A stretch of 50,429 nucleotides of DNA from Nemertoderma westbladi (taxonomy: Eukaryota > Animalia > Xenacoelomorpha), in contig JAUCBJ010004019.1 of the NCBI GenBank assembly GCA_032718475.1, forward strand, positions 1-50,429. The letters run 5' to 3'. The notes beneath the pieces are model-generated. The model was not told where the DNA came from and made no database searches. It saw nothing but the letters and a program-made list of their open reading frames with translations. Of the stretch, positions 39,645-49,270 are shown piece after piece (position 1 is the stretch's first letter; the number at the start of each line of letters is the position of its first letter). The translations under genes and the position numbers were made by a program.

Positions 39645-40518
39645 CACGCATAACATATCAAATAGTAGCCAAGGCGTATCGTGCGTCCTAAATTATTTAA
39701 TGCGTAGTGCGCACGTAATACATGTGCGCATTTGTGATTAGGTAATACTATTAGCTATTAGATTAGGCGATTAGGCTATCTAAAATGTTAACTAGCACAT
39801 GAGCAGGTGTTACTGTAGTTAGTATTACCTGTAAACGCAATAATAACAAATAAGCACATACAATATAGCTAACACACTTGCGCACATGTTGGATTTTTTT
39901 GAATTCTAAATTCTAAAGGGCTCCATAAGTTTTTGATATTTTGGTATTAATTGCTTCTAAAATAAGTACGGGACTGTAGTTAGAATCATGTATCAATACA
40001 AATTGAACAAAATGTAGCCAAATGCAGAACTATAAGAACAAAATTTAGATTTAAGCCAGCGGAAGTCTAAGTACAAAATATAGCCATGGGTGGCACTCTA
40101 CAGTAAGAACAAAGTCTAGCTTACGTCATGACGAATAATTAAAGACTGTTTTTTCTACAGTACGTGGCAACATTTTGACCAACTCTAGGCCTATCAGCAA
40201 CTATCAGCACTACAATCGATTTGGTATTTCATTTTTTAATAGGCCTTAGTGCCTAATGAGTAGGCCTACTAACAGTGGCCCAAGTGGCCATAAATGCTAG
40301 GTAGTATCTGAGGGAATAAGACCCCATGTCCTATTTTATTGTTATCAGCAACTTGGTGAGCATGTCAGGTTGCCGATCAAGTTGCTCTATGTAAACGTGA
40401 AGTTTGTTACTGTAAAATATGCCTCATATAACGGAGACTAAAAGTTAATGTTACTCAAATTAAGTTGCTAGTGGCTGACCAAGTTGTCCAAAACGTCCGG
40501 AACCCTATAGCAACTTGA

Positions 40519-40726
40519 ACACAAACATTAAATGAGGGACAGATATTTATCAGCGCCACAAACATTAATGTGGGACAAACATTGATGTGGGACATAAACA
40601 TTGATGTGGGACACAAACATTACTGAGGGACATAAACATTAATGAGGGACACAAATATTAATGAGGTTCACTAACATTACTGAGGGACACAAACATTAAT
40701 GAGGGACACAAACATTAATGAGATAC
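40519..40726 (+). repeat. 19-bp satellite ACACAAACATTAATGAGGG, left portion (split by LINE insertion)
   Basis: Degenerate tandem copies; same unit as 48123-48680. Confidence 0.9.
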
Positions 40727-41460
40727 TACTAGGATCGGCATGCTGCATTGCAGCTGCATTTTTAAGAATGCTGTGCCGGCTTGTCAACAAAATTGCACCG
40801 CCACAACTCCCTGTCACCCATGACATTTGCTAGATCATCCGCATCTTTAAGGCCAGTGTCCTTTAAGATGCGTCTCAAGAAAGTCATGGGCTGTCCACCA
40901 TGCTTATTCACTCCATGAGGCTGCCAAAGTACAAGATTATGCACTGGCTGGTCCTCACGGCGAAAGCAATGTCCTGCAAAGCGGAGGCGATTTTGTTCTA
41001 GTGTCAAGCTTGGGGGAACCAATGAGACACTTCCAATGTTATATAATGTCTGGTTGGAGATGTGTGCATTGTACTTGACACAATGAACCCGGCGTAGCAT
41101 TCTTGTGAATGTGCCATCCAGAGATTTGGTGTCCTCAGCAGTTAGAGCCCAGCATGGACTCCCGTAGAGGAGTACTGGAACTACTGCTGCTCTAAATAAT
41201 CGGACCTTAAGTTTCCGATTAATTCTCGGTGACTTCCAAATCCTGGAAAGCCTATTCAAGGCTGCCCATGCCTTTCCCTTACGTATTCGAAGGTCCTCAC
41301 CTGACTTCCGGATCCCTGATCCCAGGTAACAGAAGTCGTCCACATGCTCAAGCATACCATCCTTTGAGCTTATGCTCATCCGATCAGAGACTTGCTGAGG
41401 ACTTTCAAAGTTAACTGTCAGAATTTTGGTCTTTCTGGAGTTAATAAAAAGACCAACACT
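40727..41460 (-). mobile_element. RTE-clade LINE, 3' portion (RT thumb and C-terminus, short 3' UTR, (TAG)n tail)
   Basis: Minus strand reads SVGLFINSRKTKILTVNF...VDDFCYLGS...KAWAALNRLSRIWKS...VPVLLYGSPCW...RLRFAGHCFR, stop at 40762-40764, tail CCTAGTAGTA. 13-bp TSD ATTAATGAGATAC at 40714-40726 and 48123-48135. Confidence 0.88.
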
Positions 41461-43098
41461 ACGCTACGACCAAACCATAATCCACTAGCGGAAGGTTCAA
41501 CTATTGATCTGGAGGAGACAACCATTAGCCACGCCGGAAGTCACACCACAACCGGTAGCTCTACTCCAATTCTACCCGCCTCCAATAATTCATCTCAATA
41601 TTTTGAATTCAGCTCCTTTAGTCTACCGCAAGTCTCCCCAATTGACATCGCCACCATGGATGGGGTGAGAGATATTAACGCTGGCCTAAATAATGATACA
41701 GTTGTCTTTAATACAGATTCTGCTAGTGGATACGGTAGGCCTATTACAACCAGTCAATATGACGACAACGTACCGGTACATACTACGGCTACTTCATCCC
41801 AAAATGAACTGTCGAATGCAGATCTATTCAACTTGATAGATAATCTAGGGAAAAGAATCGTAACTCTAGAACAAACGCAACGGTACGATAGCGCCCTAAT
41901 CGAACGTATGTCCAAAGAAATTGTAGAATTACAACAGAACAAAGAAAATAATTACACCACCTCATCGCCAATCTTTTCTCTTGCTGCTGGTCCTGATAAA
42001 CCCACCGATCCCATCCTCAATCGATCACCACCCCCAGTTTCGATGGCAACGATCGATACAGTAGGTACCGGTAGCAGTGTTAACATAATCGATACACCGG
42101 AAGATAAAGAACCCGTAGCTACAAGTACCGGAAATATGGACGCATCCGTACATGTACAACCCGACGAGGCATTAGAGTCTATAACAAAGTCTGTTGATCA
42201 TCCTACAACTGAACCACCATTTAAGGAAGTATCAAAACAGAGACAAACCAAGTGTACTACCTTGCTCATGATGGATAGTAATAGGCGTTATATCAACACA
42301 ACACGGGTCGACACCAATGCCAAAATGATGGTGACTCCGACTACCAAAGATATACTAATAAACATAGAAGTTGCTGCGAAGAAATACCCAAACATTAACC
42401 GTATATACATGCACTCGGGTACTAACGACATTGATACTAATGGAGGGGAACAACGCGTCGTACATAATATTACGAGGGCTATCGATCTTGCGAGGGAACA
42501 CTGAGGGGCTGTCGAAATCGTTGTATCATCGATCTTACCCCGCCGTGACATAGATGTATACAGAATAAACAGCAGGTTACTAAGAATAGCACAACAGCGT
42601 AACATTGTATTCGCCCGACACCATGCGATATCAAGGATACACCTGTATGATGATAAACATATTAAGGAGAGATTTATTCCGCTGCTTGGGAGATCGATCC
42701 GCTACCACCTGTTTGAGTTTCGGGCCGTTAACCCAAACAAAATCCAGCTGACGCGTTTCAATGGCCCCGTACCAACCTCTACAATGCCTTCACAGACACA
42801 AAGATCCACTCAACTCCCTACTGATCTTTATAGCCGTGTCGTTGAGAGACCTGGTTTGTTGCCACGACCTACACCTACTTCAGCGTCGGGTCGAGCGCAA
42901 GAGTCGTCAGTCATACCCGTGGCAAACCAGGTATCAACTACCATTGCGCGATCTGCCCTACTACCCACGCCATCACCACCGCTCACTACCGTCAGACAAA
43001 TGGCCGTACAGATTGATCCGCTCGCAAAGAAACGAGGTATGATATCGGCTCTAATAGACCTACTGCAAGTTATAAATCCAGATGATATACAGGGGTAA
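41461..43098 (+). pseudogene. LINE ORF1 with coiled coil and SGNH esterase domain; one in-frame TGA at 42502-42504
   Basis: Coiled coil LGKRIVTLEQ...IVELQQ. SGNH blocks LLMMDSN and HSGTND; after the TGA, in the same frame, VVSSILPR and LYDDKH, continuing into ORF 42784-43098. Confidence 0.82.
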
Positions 43099-43434
43099 AT
43101 ATTAGGTCCAAACTAATGAGTACCACTTTTTTTTTTATTCGCACTAATAACATTCAAGTACCTTCTACTTGATTTTATCTGGTTTGTATCGTTAGCCCTA
43201 CTGTATTTCAAATTATGCTTAACTCTGAAGGCAAATTCTTTGCGTAATACCCATTTGGGTTTTAACTTCCGATTGAATATATATAATATTTACAGGGTTT
43301 TTATGTTCAATATATTACTAAGCCTATATATCATATATATCGTAGTTATGTCAAAGTTCAGCGGGCTGAGCACGATAATGTATTTTTTCACACGCAATTC
43401 ACTAGTCCTAATAAATTGTGCAATTTATTAAATA

Positions 43435-46400
43435 ATGAAATGCTTCTATTTGATATATTTTTATTTGAACAATATTGTTAAACATATGCATGGAATAGCC
43501 AAGGCCAGGCTCAGTGGGTTGTGTCTATGTTTATGCATATTGGTAAAACAAATATGTGACAGTCATTTTTTGCGCAGCAAAACAACTACAGCCCCCCAAC
43601 CCCGACTTAACCTCCTCAGCAGACGACAAAGACAGAATAAGTATAATAGACTACCCTTACGCTTACATCAAAATAAAACTTCACGAAGACAAAATCTTAA
43701 ATTCAATATCACCTGTTCCAGTGGTTATACTTTACTTCTAATAATATCATTGTATAGCTTGATTTCAACAAATCAATCTCTCGAGTTATTCATTCAGAAA
43801 TATATTTTCATATTTTTTCTAGCTCTGCCTTTTTTAATAATTTCAATATCCCTTTTTGTTTCCTGTAATAATACTAGGCCAGCACTTTCAAACAATTTTA
43901 ATTTAACTCTTGCTATTATGTATAACGCAGTGTGGTGGAATTCATTGACATATTCAAACAATTCTAAGGGATCACTCACATATCAAATTTTTAAAAAAAT
44001 ATACAAAACATACAGAACTCATAGAGCATATATTAACGCAACTCAGGCAACCAAACTGATACTGTACATTGCATACTTATATATAACCTCCGGCATCGAC
44101 ACACTAATTATAATTAGCCTAACAATTAACATTATGTTACTAAAATGTGGTGACGTTCACCCAAATCCAGGGCCTGCAATATTGCCTCAAGGGCCGTTAT
44201 GGAGCAACATGTACCAATTACGCCAGTATCTAGTCAATAATCCAAACGAACTAAAATTTATTCATATTAACGCTTTAAGTCACGTGAAACACTACAATGA
44301 TATTAAAGACCTTCTTCAAACTGACCCCAAAATAACGACTAACACAATAATCAGTATATCGGAAACTTGGTTGAAACGCCACATAGCATCAAAATCAATA
44401 CAATTATCAGGTTACAACATTGAAAGGCAGGATAGGAGAAAGAAGAAAGGGGGAGGTGTCTTATTTTACATACCTAGTCACATTAAATACAATACAAGGG
44501 GGGATATTAAATTAGGAAACAATAGCACTACAACGAATAATAATAAAAGCAATACAAGCAATTATAAGAAAGAAAATAAAAAATATGACTCATTGTGGAT
44601 CAATATAGGCGATACTCTAGTAGGTGTATTCTACATACCACCACATGCTAATAATATTTGGGATGACCTGACCGAGGAAATGGAGAATGCTACCAATGCA
44701 TCTCAAAATGTCCTTCTAATGGGTGATTTCAATGTTAATATTCAATCCACATATGACCCCCAATCAAAAAATAACTCGGCATATTATAAAAACATGCAAT
44801 TCCTGGAAATACTAACGACATACAACTTACAAATCCTAAATACCGAGCACCCCACTAGATATAAAGCAAAAACCAGCTCTCTTATAGACATGTTCATAAC
44901 CACCTCAAATAATACAGATAACTATATTGAATGCAATACATTTCCGGCTGACTTTTCCGATCACGAATTTATAGTACTGAAATCCAAACAAGTAATTTCA
45001 CAACCACCACAAAACACGAAACCAGTATATTCTACAGTTAAATTCCGCGATCTATCACATTTCAATGAATCTGATTTTCTTAATGAAATTAGTAAAATTG
45101 ACTGGACGAATAATTATTTTACAAGCAATGTAGATTACGTTTATGACAACTTCGAAAATAAATTAAATGAAATATATGATAAGCATGCACCAATTAAAAC
45201 TAAATGCATACGATCTAGCAATAATATCAAAAGCAACTTGCACAACATATCACTATGGTGGAACTCAGAACTATCATCCCTAAATATTGAAAAACAGCAA
45301 AAATTAATCAGGTGGAGACATTCAAAAAGTGAAAGTGACTTTGCAGACTATAAAACAATTCGAAATAAATTTAACTCACTAAATAAAAACCTAAAGAATA
45401 AATATATAAAATCAAAACTAAATGATGCAACTGCAATAAAAGACAAATGGGTAATATTAAATAAAATCACTAATAATAATAAAAAAACCGAGCAAACTAT
45501 ATCGTCCTTAATTAATCACGCAACAGGCTCTATTATTTATAACATATTACCAATGGCGAACCTACTTAATGACACATATCTAAATCTGGGTAACTTTCAA
45601 AGCACTGGCTATATAAAAAGACATTGTACTGTTCACTCTAGTTTCAGCTTTAAGAACGTAACCGAATTAGAAATATTTGAAATAATATCTAAAATAAACA
45701 CAAATAAACCAACTGGTCCGTCAATATTAAGTCCAAAATTAATAAAACAAATTGCACCGTATATTACCATACCACTAACTCACATCACAAACTTATGCCT
45801 AACGTCAAGCACTTTTCCTTCTCGGCTAAAATCAACCTTTATTACTCCTGTATTCAAAAAAGGGTCTCGAGATGAACCATCTAATTATAGACCTATTTCT
45901 GTCACATCAACATTCGAAAAAATAATTGAAACAGTCATATATCACCAAATTACAAAATATCTACACAACAATAAAATACTACAAAGTAAGCAATTTGGTT
46001 TCAGAAAAGGGTATTCTACAGCAGACGCCGTTTTATTTGCAACCGAGTCTTGGAAACGCGAACTTAACGAAAATAAATATATTGCTATTGGAGTACTAGA
46101 TCTCTCTAAAGCTTTCAACTCCCTCCAGCACGACATTCTCCTAGATAAATTAACAGAAATTGGATTCCAATCGAATGCTGTTGCACTTATTAAAAGTTAT
46201 CTTCTCGACCGCCCGCAAGCTGTAAAATTAAGCAAAATGTTCTCAGACTGGAAAATTTGCAATAGGGGTATACCACAGGGCACCAAACTTGGACCATTAT
46301 TGTTTTTAATATATGTCAATGACTTTGCAAATCAAATAAATTTGGAAACAATCCAATATGCTGATGACACTCTTATATATTGCTCGCACCCAAATGCACA

Positions 46401-47232
46401 TACTGCAGTAAAACAACTAAACAATCAAATCACATATATTAGCCAGCTATTCGCAACACTAGGTATGAAATTAAACTCAAATAAAACAGAACTTCTTGTT
46501 ATATCCCCATTAAAGAGAACAGACGAATTAAATAATCTACATCTTGTGCTTAATAATGACATAATTAAACAATCAACCACAATTAAATATTTAGGCATCA
46601 TCATAGATAACAGATTATCATGGAAGGACCAAATAAAAACTACTACATCTAAAATGGCAGCGGCCACATCCACAATACGCCAAATAAAAGGACAATTGCC
46701 AATCTCTACGAAATTAATGTTATACAAAGCTCTAGTCATGCCGTACCATAACTACTGTAGTATCTTAACAGCGACATATAATAATACTCACGGATATAAG
46801 GAACTACTGTACAAAATGGATAAGATTCAAAATTACGCACTTAGGCTAATCTATAACAAAAAAATACGAGAAACTTCAGGAACAGAACTAAGACAATTAG
46901 CTAGGATCCCGCACCTTAACGCACTGAGAGAATACCACGCAATACAATATTTCTATAAATACATGTTCAACATTATCCCAGCATTTAAATCATTAAAACT
47001 CCCGTTCATCAATCAAATATCACTATCTAATAGGCAAATAAATCCACGAACTAAAAAAATAAAAGTTCCAAAAACAACAAACAGATTTGGTCACAACTCT
47101 TTTATTGTCACATGCATAAAATCATGGAACAATTTACCTAATAACATTCGTAAATTTGCACTCAATAATAATTTTTTATCACTATTGGAAAATTACTACA
47201 TAACACAATATGAAAGAAAAGCAGTAACATAA
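43435..47232 (+). CDS. LINE ORF2: hydrophobic leader + 2A-like motif + apurinic-like endonuclease + reverse transcriptase
   Basis: APE motifs ISETWL, GGGV, GDFN, PTR, LID, SDH. RT motifs PVFKKG, NYRPIS, QFGFR, DLSKAFN, GIPQGTKLGP, YADD, YLGI; C-terminal WNNLP. Open for 1265 codons; true start uncertain. Confidence 0.93.
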   Translation: MKCFYLIYFYLNNIVKHMHGIAKARLSGLCLCLCILVKQICDSHFLRSKTTTAPQPRLNLLSRRQRQNKYNRLPLRLHQNKTSRRQNLKFNITCSSGYTLLLIISLYSLISTNQSLELFIQKYIFIFFLALPFLIISISLFVSCNNTRPALSNNFNLTLAIMYNAVWWNSLTYSNNSKGSLTYQIFKKIYKTYRTHRAYINATQATKLILYIAYLYITSGIDTLIIISLTINIMLLKCGDVHPNPGPAILPQGPLWSNMYQLRQYLVNNPNELKFIHINALSHVKHYNDIKDLLQTDPKITTNTIISISETWLKRHIASKSIQLSGYNIERQDRRKKKGGGVLFYIPSHIKYNTRGDIKLGNNSTTTNNNKSNTSNYKKENKKYDSLWINIGDTLVGVFYIPPHANNIWDDLTEEMENATNASQNVLLMGDFNVNIQSTYDPQSKNNSAYYKNMQFLEILTTYNLQILNTEHPTRYKAKTSSLIDMFITTSNNTDNYIECNTFPADFSDHEFIVLKSKQVISQPPQNTKPVYSTVKFRDLSHFNESDFLNEISKIDWTNNYFTSNVDYVYDNFENKLNEIYDKHAPIKTKCIRSSNNIKSNLHNISLWWNSELSSLNIEKQQKLIRWRHSKSESDFADYKTIRNKFNSLNKNLKNKYIKSKLNDATAIKDKWVILNKITNNNKKTEQTISSLINHATGSIIYNILPMANLLNDTYLNLGNFQSTGYIKRHCTVHSSFSFKNVTELEIFEIISKINTNKPTGPSILSPKLIKQIAPYITIPLTHITNLCLTSSTFPSRLKSTFITPVFKKGSRDEPSNYRPISVTSTFEKIIETVIYHQITKYLHNNKILQSKQFGFRKGYSTADAVLFATESWKRELNENKYIAIGVLDLSKAFNSLQHDILLDKLTEIGFQSNAVALIKSYLLDRPQAVKLSKMFSDWKICNRGIPQGTKLGPLLFLIYVNDFANQINLETIQYADDTLIYCSHPNAHTAVKQLNNQITYISQLFATLGMKLNSNKTELLVISPLKRTDELNNLHLVLNNDIIKQSTTIKYLGIIIDNRLSWKDQIKTTTSKMAAATSTIRQIKGQLPISTKLMLYKALVMPYHNYCSILTATYNNTHGYKELLYKMDKIQNYALRLIYNKKIRETSGTELRQLARIPHLNALREYHAIQYFYKYMFNIIPAFKSLKLPFINQISLSNRQINPRTKKIKVPKTTNRFGHNSFIVTCIKSWNNLPNNIRKFALNNNFLSLLENYYITQYERKAVT
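44137..44175 (+). other. 2A-like (StopGo) oligopeptide motif LLKCGDVHPNPGP
   Basis: Matches D(V/I)ExNPGP except for H at the E position, and lies just upstream of the APE domain, where 2A-like motifs are known in CR1/L2/RTE LINEs. Confidence 0.6.
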
Positions 47233-47789
47233 TCACTTAACTATACATTATTATAAAAGTCAGGCTATAAAAGAAGGGAAGGGGGGGGGGTGGGGGGGGG
47301 GGGGCAAGTATGTAAGGTGCTTGTAATTTTTCGTGTTATTTTATCTATACTGTGTATTGATATTTAAGTACGGAGTACGTGGATATTGGTTTTATTTATG
47401 CATGGTATGTGTGGGGTGTGCGGAAGTGCATGTTTATGCATGGGATGGGCATGATAATACGGGTTGATAATGCGATAGTACGTTAATAGTTTATGTATGG
47501 CTGAGCCTGGCCCATGCACGTAGTTTTATTTAACCATACACCTTTAGTTAACTAAGTACGGTTGTAATGTGTACAGTAAATATCTTATTCTATTGTTTAG
47601 TGTCGTATTATTTACAAATTATATTGTGTCAACACGTACATAGAAGATGGACCAAGTCCATCCAGCCCGCTGACTTTGACCTTTTAAACTATCAGTTTAA
47701 TGTGTAACTTCGGTGCCATTTCACTGCCTTTAGTCCAGCATGCTGGCTAAAGTTTTAAGGTTAATATAATTGAAATTGAAATTGAATTG

Positions 47790-48122
47790 AGAAGCAGAAT
47801 GTTCTAATGAGCTGAGGAGCCGTTGGGCTCCTCTAATGATTCTGAGAGTACTCCTAAGTCATCAGCAAAGTCTAGATCAGTTAGGTACTTGGCAGGATTT
47901 CCTCGACTTCTGGAGCCAGTAGGTGGAGTTATCATCACCCCATCATCATTATAATGATCTAAGGACATGCGTAGAACATAGTCAACCACAATAATGAACA
48001 AGAATGGTGCAAGTGTGTCTCCTTGGAGGACGCCCCATAACACTTCAAATGGTTCTGTGTCACCGTCAACAGTAGACACAAATGTTGTTGAACCATCGTA
48101 TACTGATCTGATTGCTGCAATA
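47790..48122 (-). mobile_element. RTE-clade LINE, 5' portion (RT core), 5'-truncated
   Basis: GVLQGDTLAPFLFIIVVDYVLR...LTDLDFADDL, then a frameshift near 47826-47831 into AQRLLSSLEHSAS, which joins SVGL at 41460. Confidence 0.88.
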
Positions 48123-48684
48123 ATTAATGAGATACACAAACATTAATGAGGGACACAAACATTAATGAGGGACACAAACATTAATGAGGGACACAAACAT
48201 TAATGAGGGACACAAACATTAATGAGGGACACAAACATTAATGAGGTACACAAACATTAATGAGGGACACAAACATTAATGAGGGACACAAACATTAATG
48301 AGGGACACAAACATTAATGAGGGACACAAACATTAATGAGGGACACAAACATTAATGAGGGACACAAACATTAATGAGGGACACAAACATTAATGAGGTA
48401 CACAAACAGTAATGAGGGACACAAACATTAATGAGGTACACTAACATTACTGAGGGACACAAACATTAATGAGGGACACAAATATTAATGAGGTACACTA
48501 ACATTACTGAGGGACACAAACATTAATGAGGGACACAAACATTAATGAGATACACAAACATTAATGAGGTATACAAACATTAATGAAGGACACAAACATT
48601 AATGAGGGACACAAACATTAATGGGGGACACAAACATTAAACAAGGGACAGATATCAAAGGGCACAAACATTGATCATGGGCAC
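48123..48684 (+). repeat. 19-bp satellite ACACAAACATTAATGAGGG (continuation of left arm)
   Basis: Direct tandem repetition. Confidence 0.97.
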
Positions 48685-49138
48685 TATCGCCCTTCGCACT
48701 TAGTATGATTCCTTTTACCACCCACAGACCCATACACATACAATATATTACAGTATTACAATTCTCATTACTGTCAAGCAATACAATAACAACAATAAAT
48801 AATAATATATTAATCTGACCAAACCAATAATCTATGTTATTACCAATTGATGGAAAGGATCAGGTTACAGAGATGGTTTTTCTAACCAAAACAATAAGCG
48901 ATGTTGTTACTAATAAGTGAATGAGTAAAAAAATTATAAACATGAGGGGGAGACATGAATGGGGGGGGGGGGGTAACATGAATGGTGGGAGTAGGAGGTA
49001 AATTGAAAATATGGGGGTATAACAGACGGGGGGGGGGGTGCGTAGCAGCAAAACAGGCAGCTGAACATTGAACAAGGTAACCAAACGTCGCTTTCAATTA
49101 ATTTCCATCTAGTTAGGTAGATGGAATGTATACAAAGC

Positions 49139-49270
49139 GGCGCTTCTTTGATCGAAGCTCACGTTCCAACGTAGTATTTTTTCAGTATATCAGTTTATCA
49201 CTTAATATCTGATCGTCTGATGGCAAGCATCACCATCGCTCATATTAATATCCATTGGCAAGCATGGACC
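49139..49270 (+). ncRNA. Diverged U2 snRNA-like sequence (5' half; variant gene or pseudogene)
   Basis: Collinear U2 blocks: CGCTTCT (49141), GTAGTAT (49171, same 30-nt offset as canonical U2), TATCAGTTT (49188), TTAATATCTGAT (49202), ATATTAA (49242). No canonical Sm site follows. Confidence 0.55.

Larger units (their letters stand above)
41461..47789 (+). mobile_element. Near full-length (5'-truncated) CR1/L2-group LINE inserted antisense into the RTE element
   Basis: Esterase ORF1, APE-RT ORF2, ~550-bp 3' UTR and (ATTGAA)n tail at ~47769-47789. Removing 41461-47789 rejoins the RTE frame (HSAS|SVGL). No TSD seen. Confidence 0.92.
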
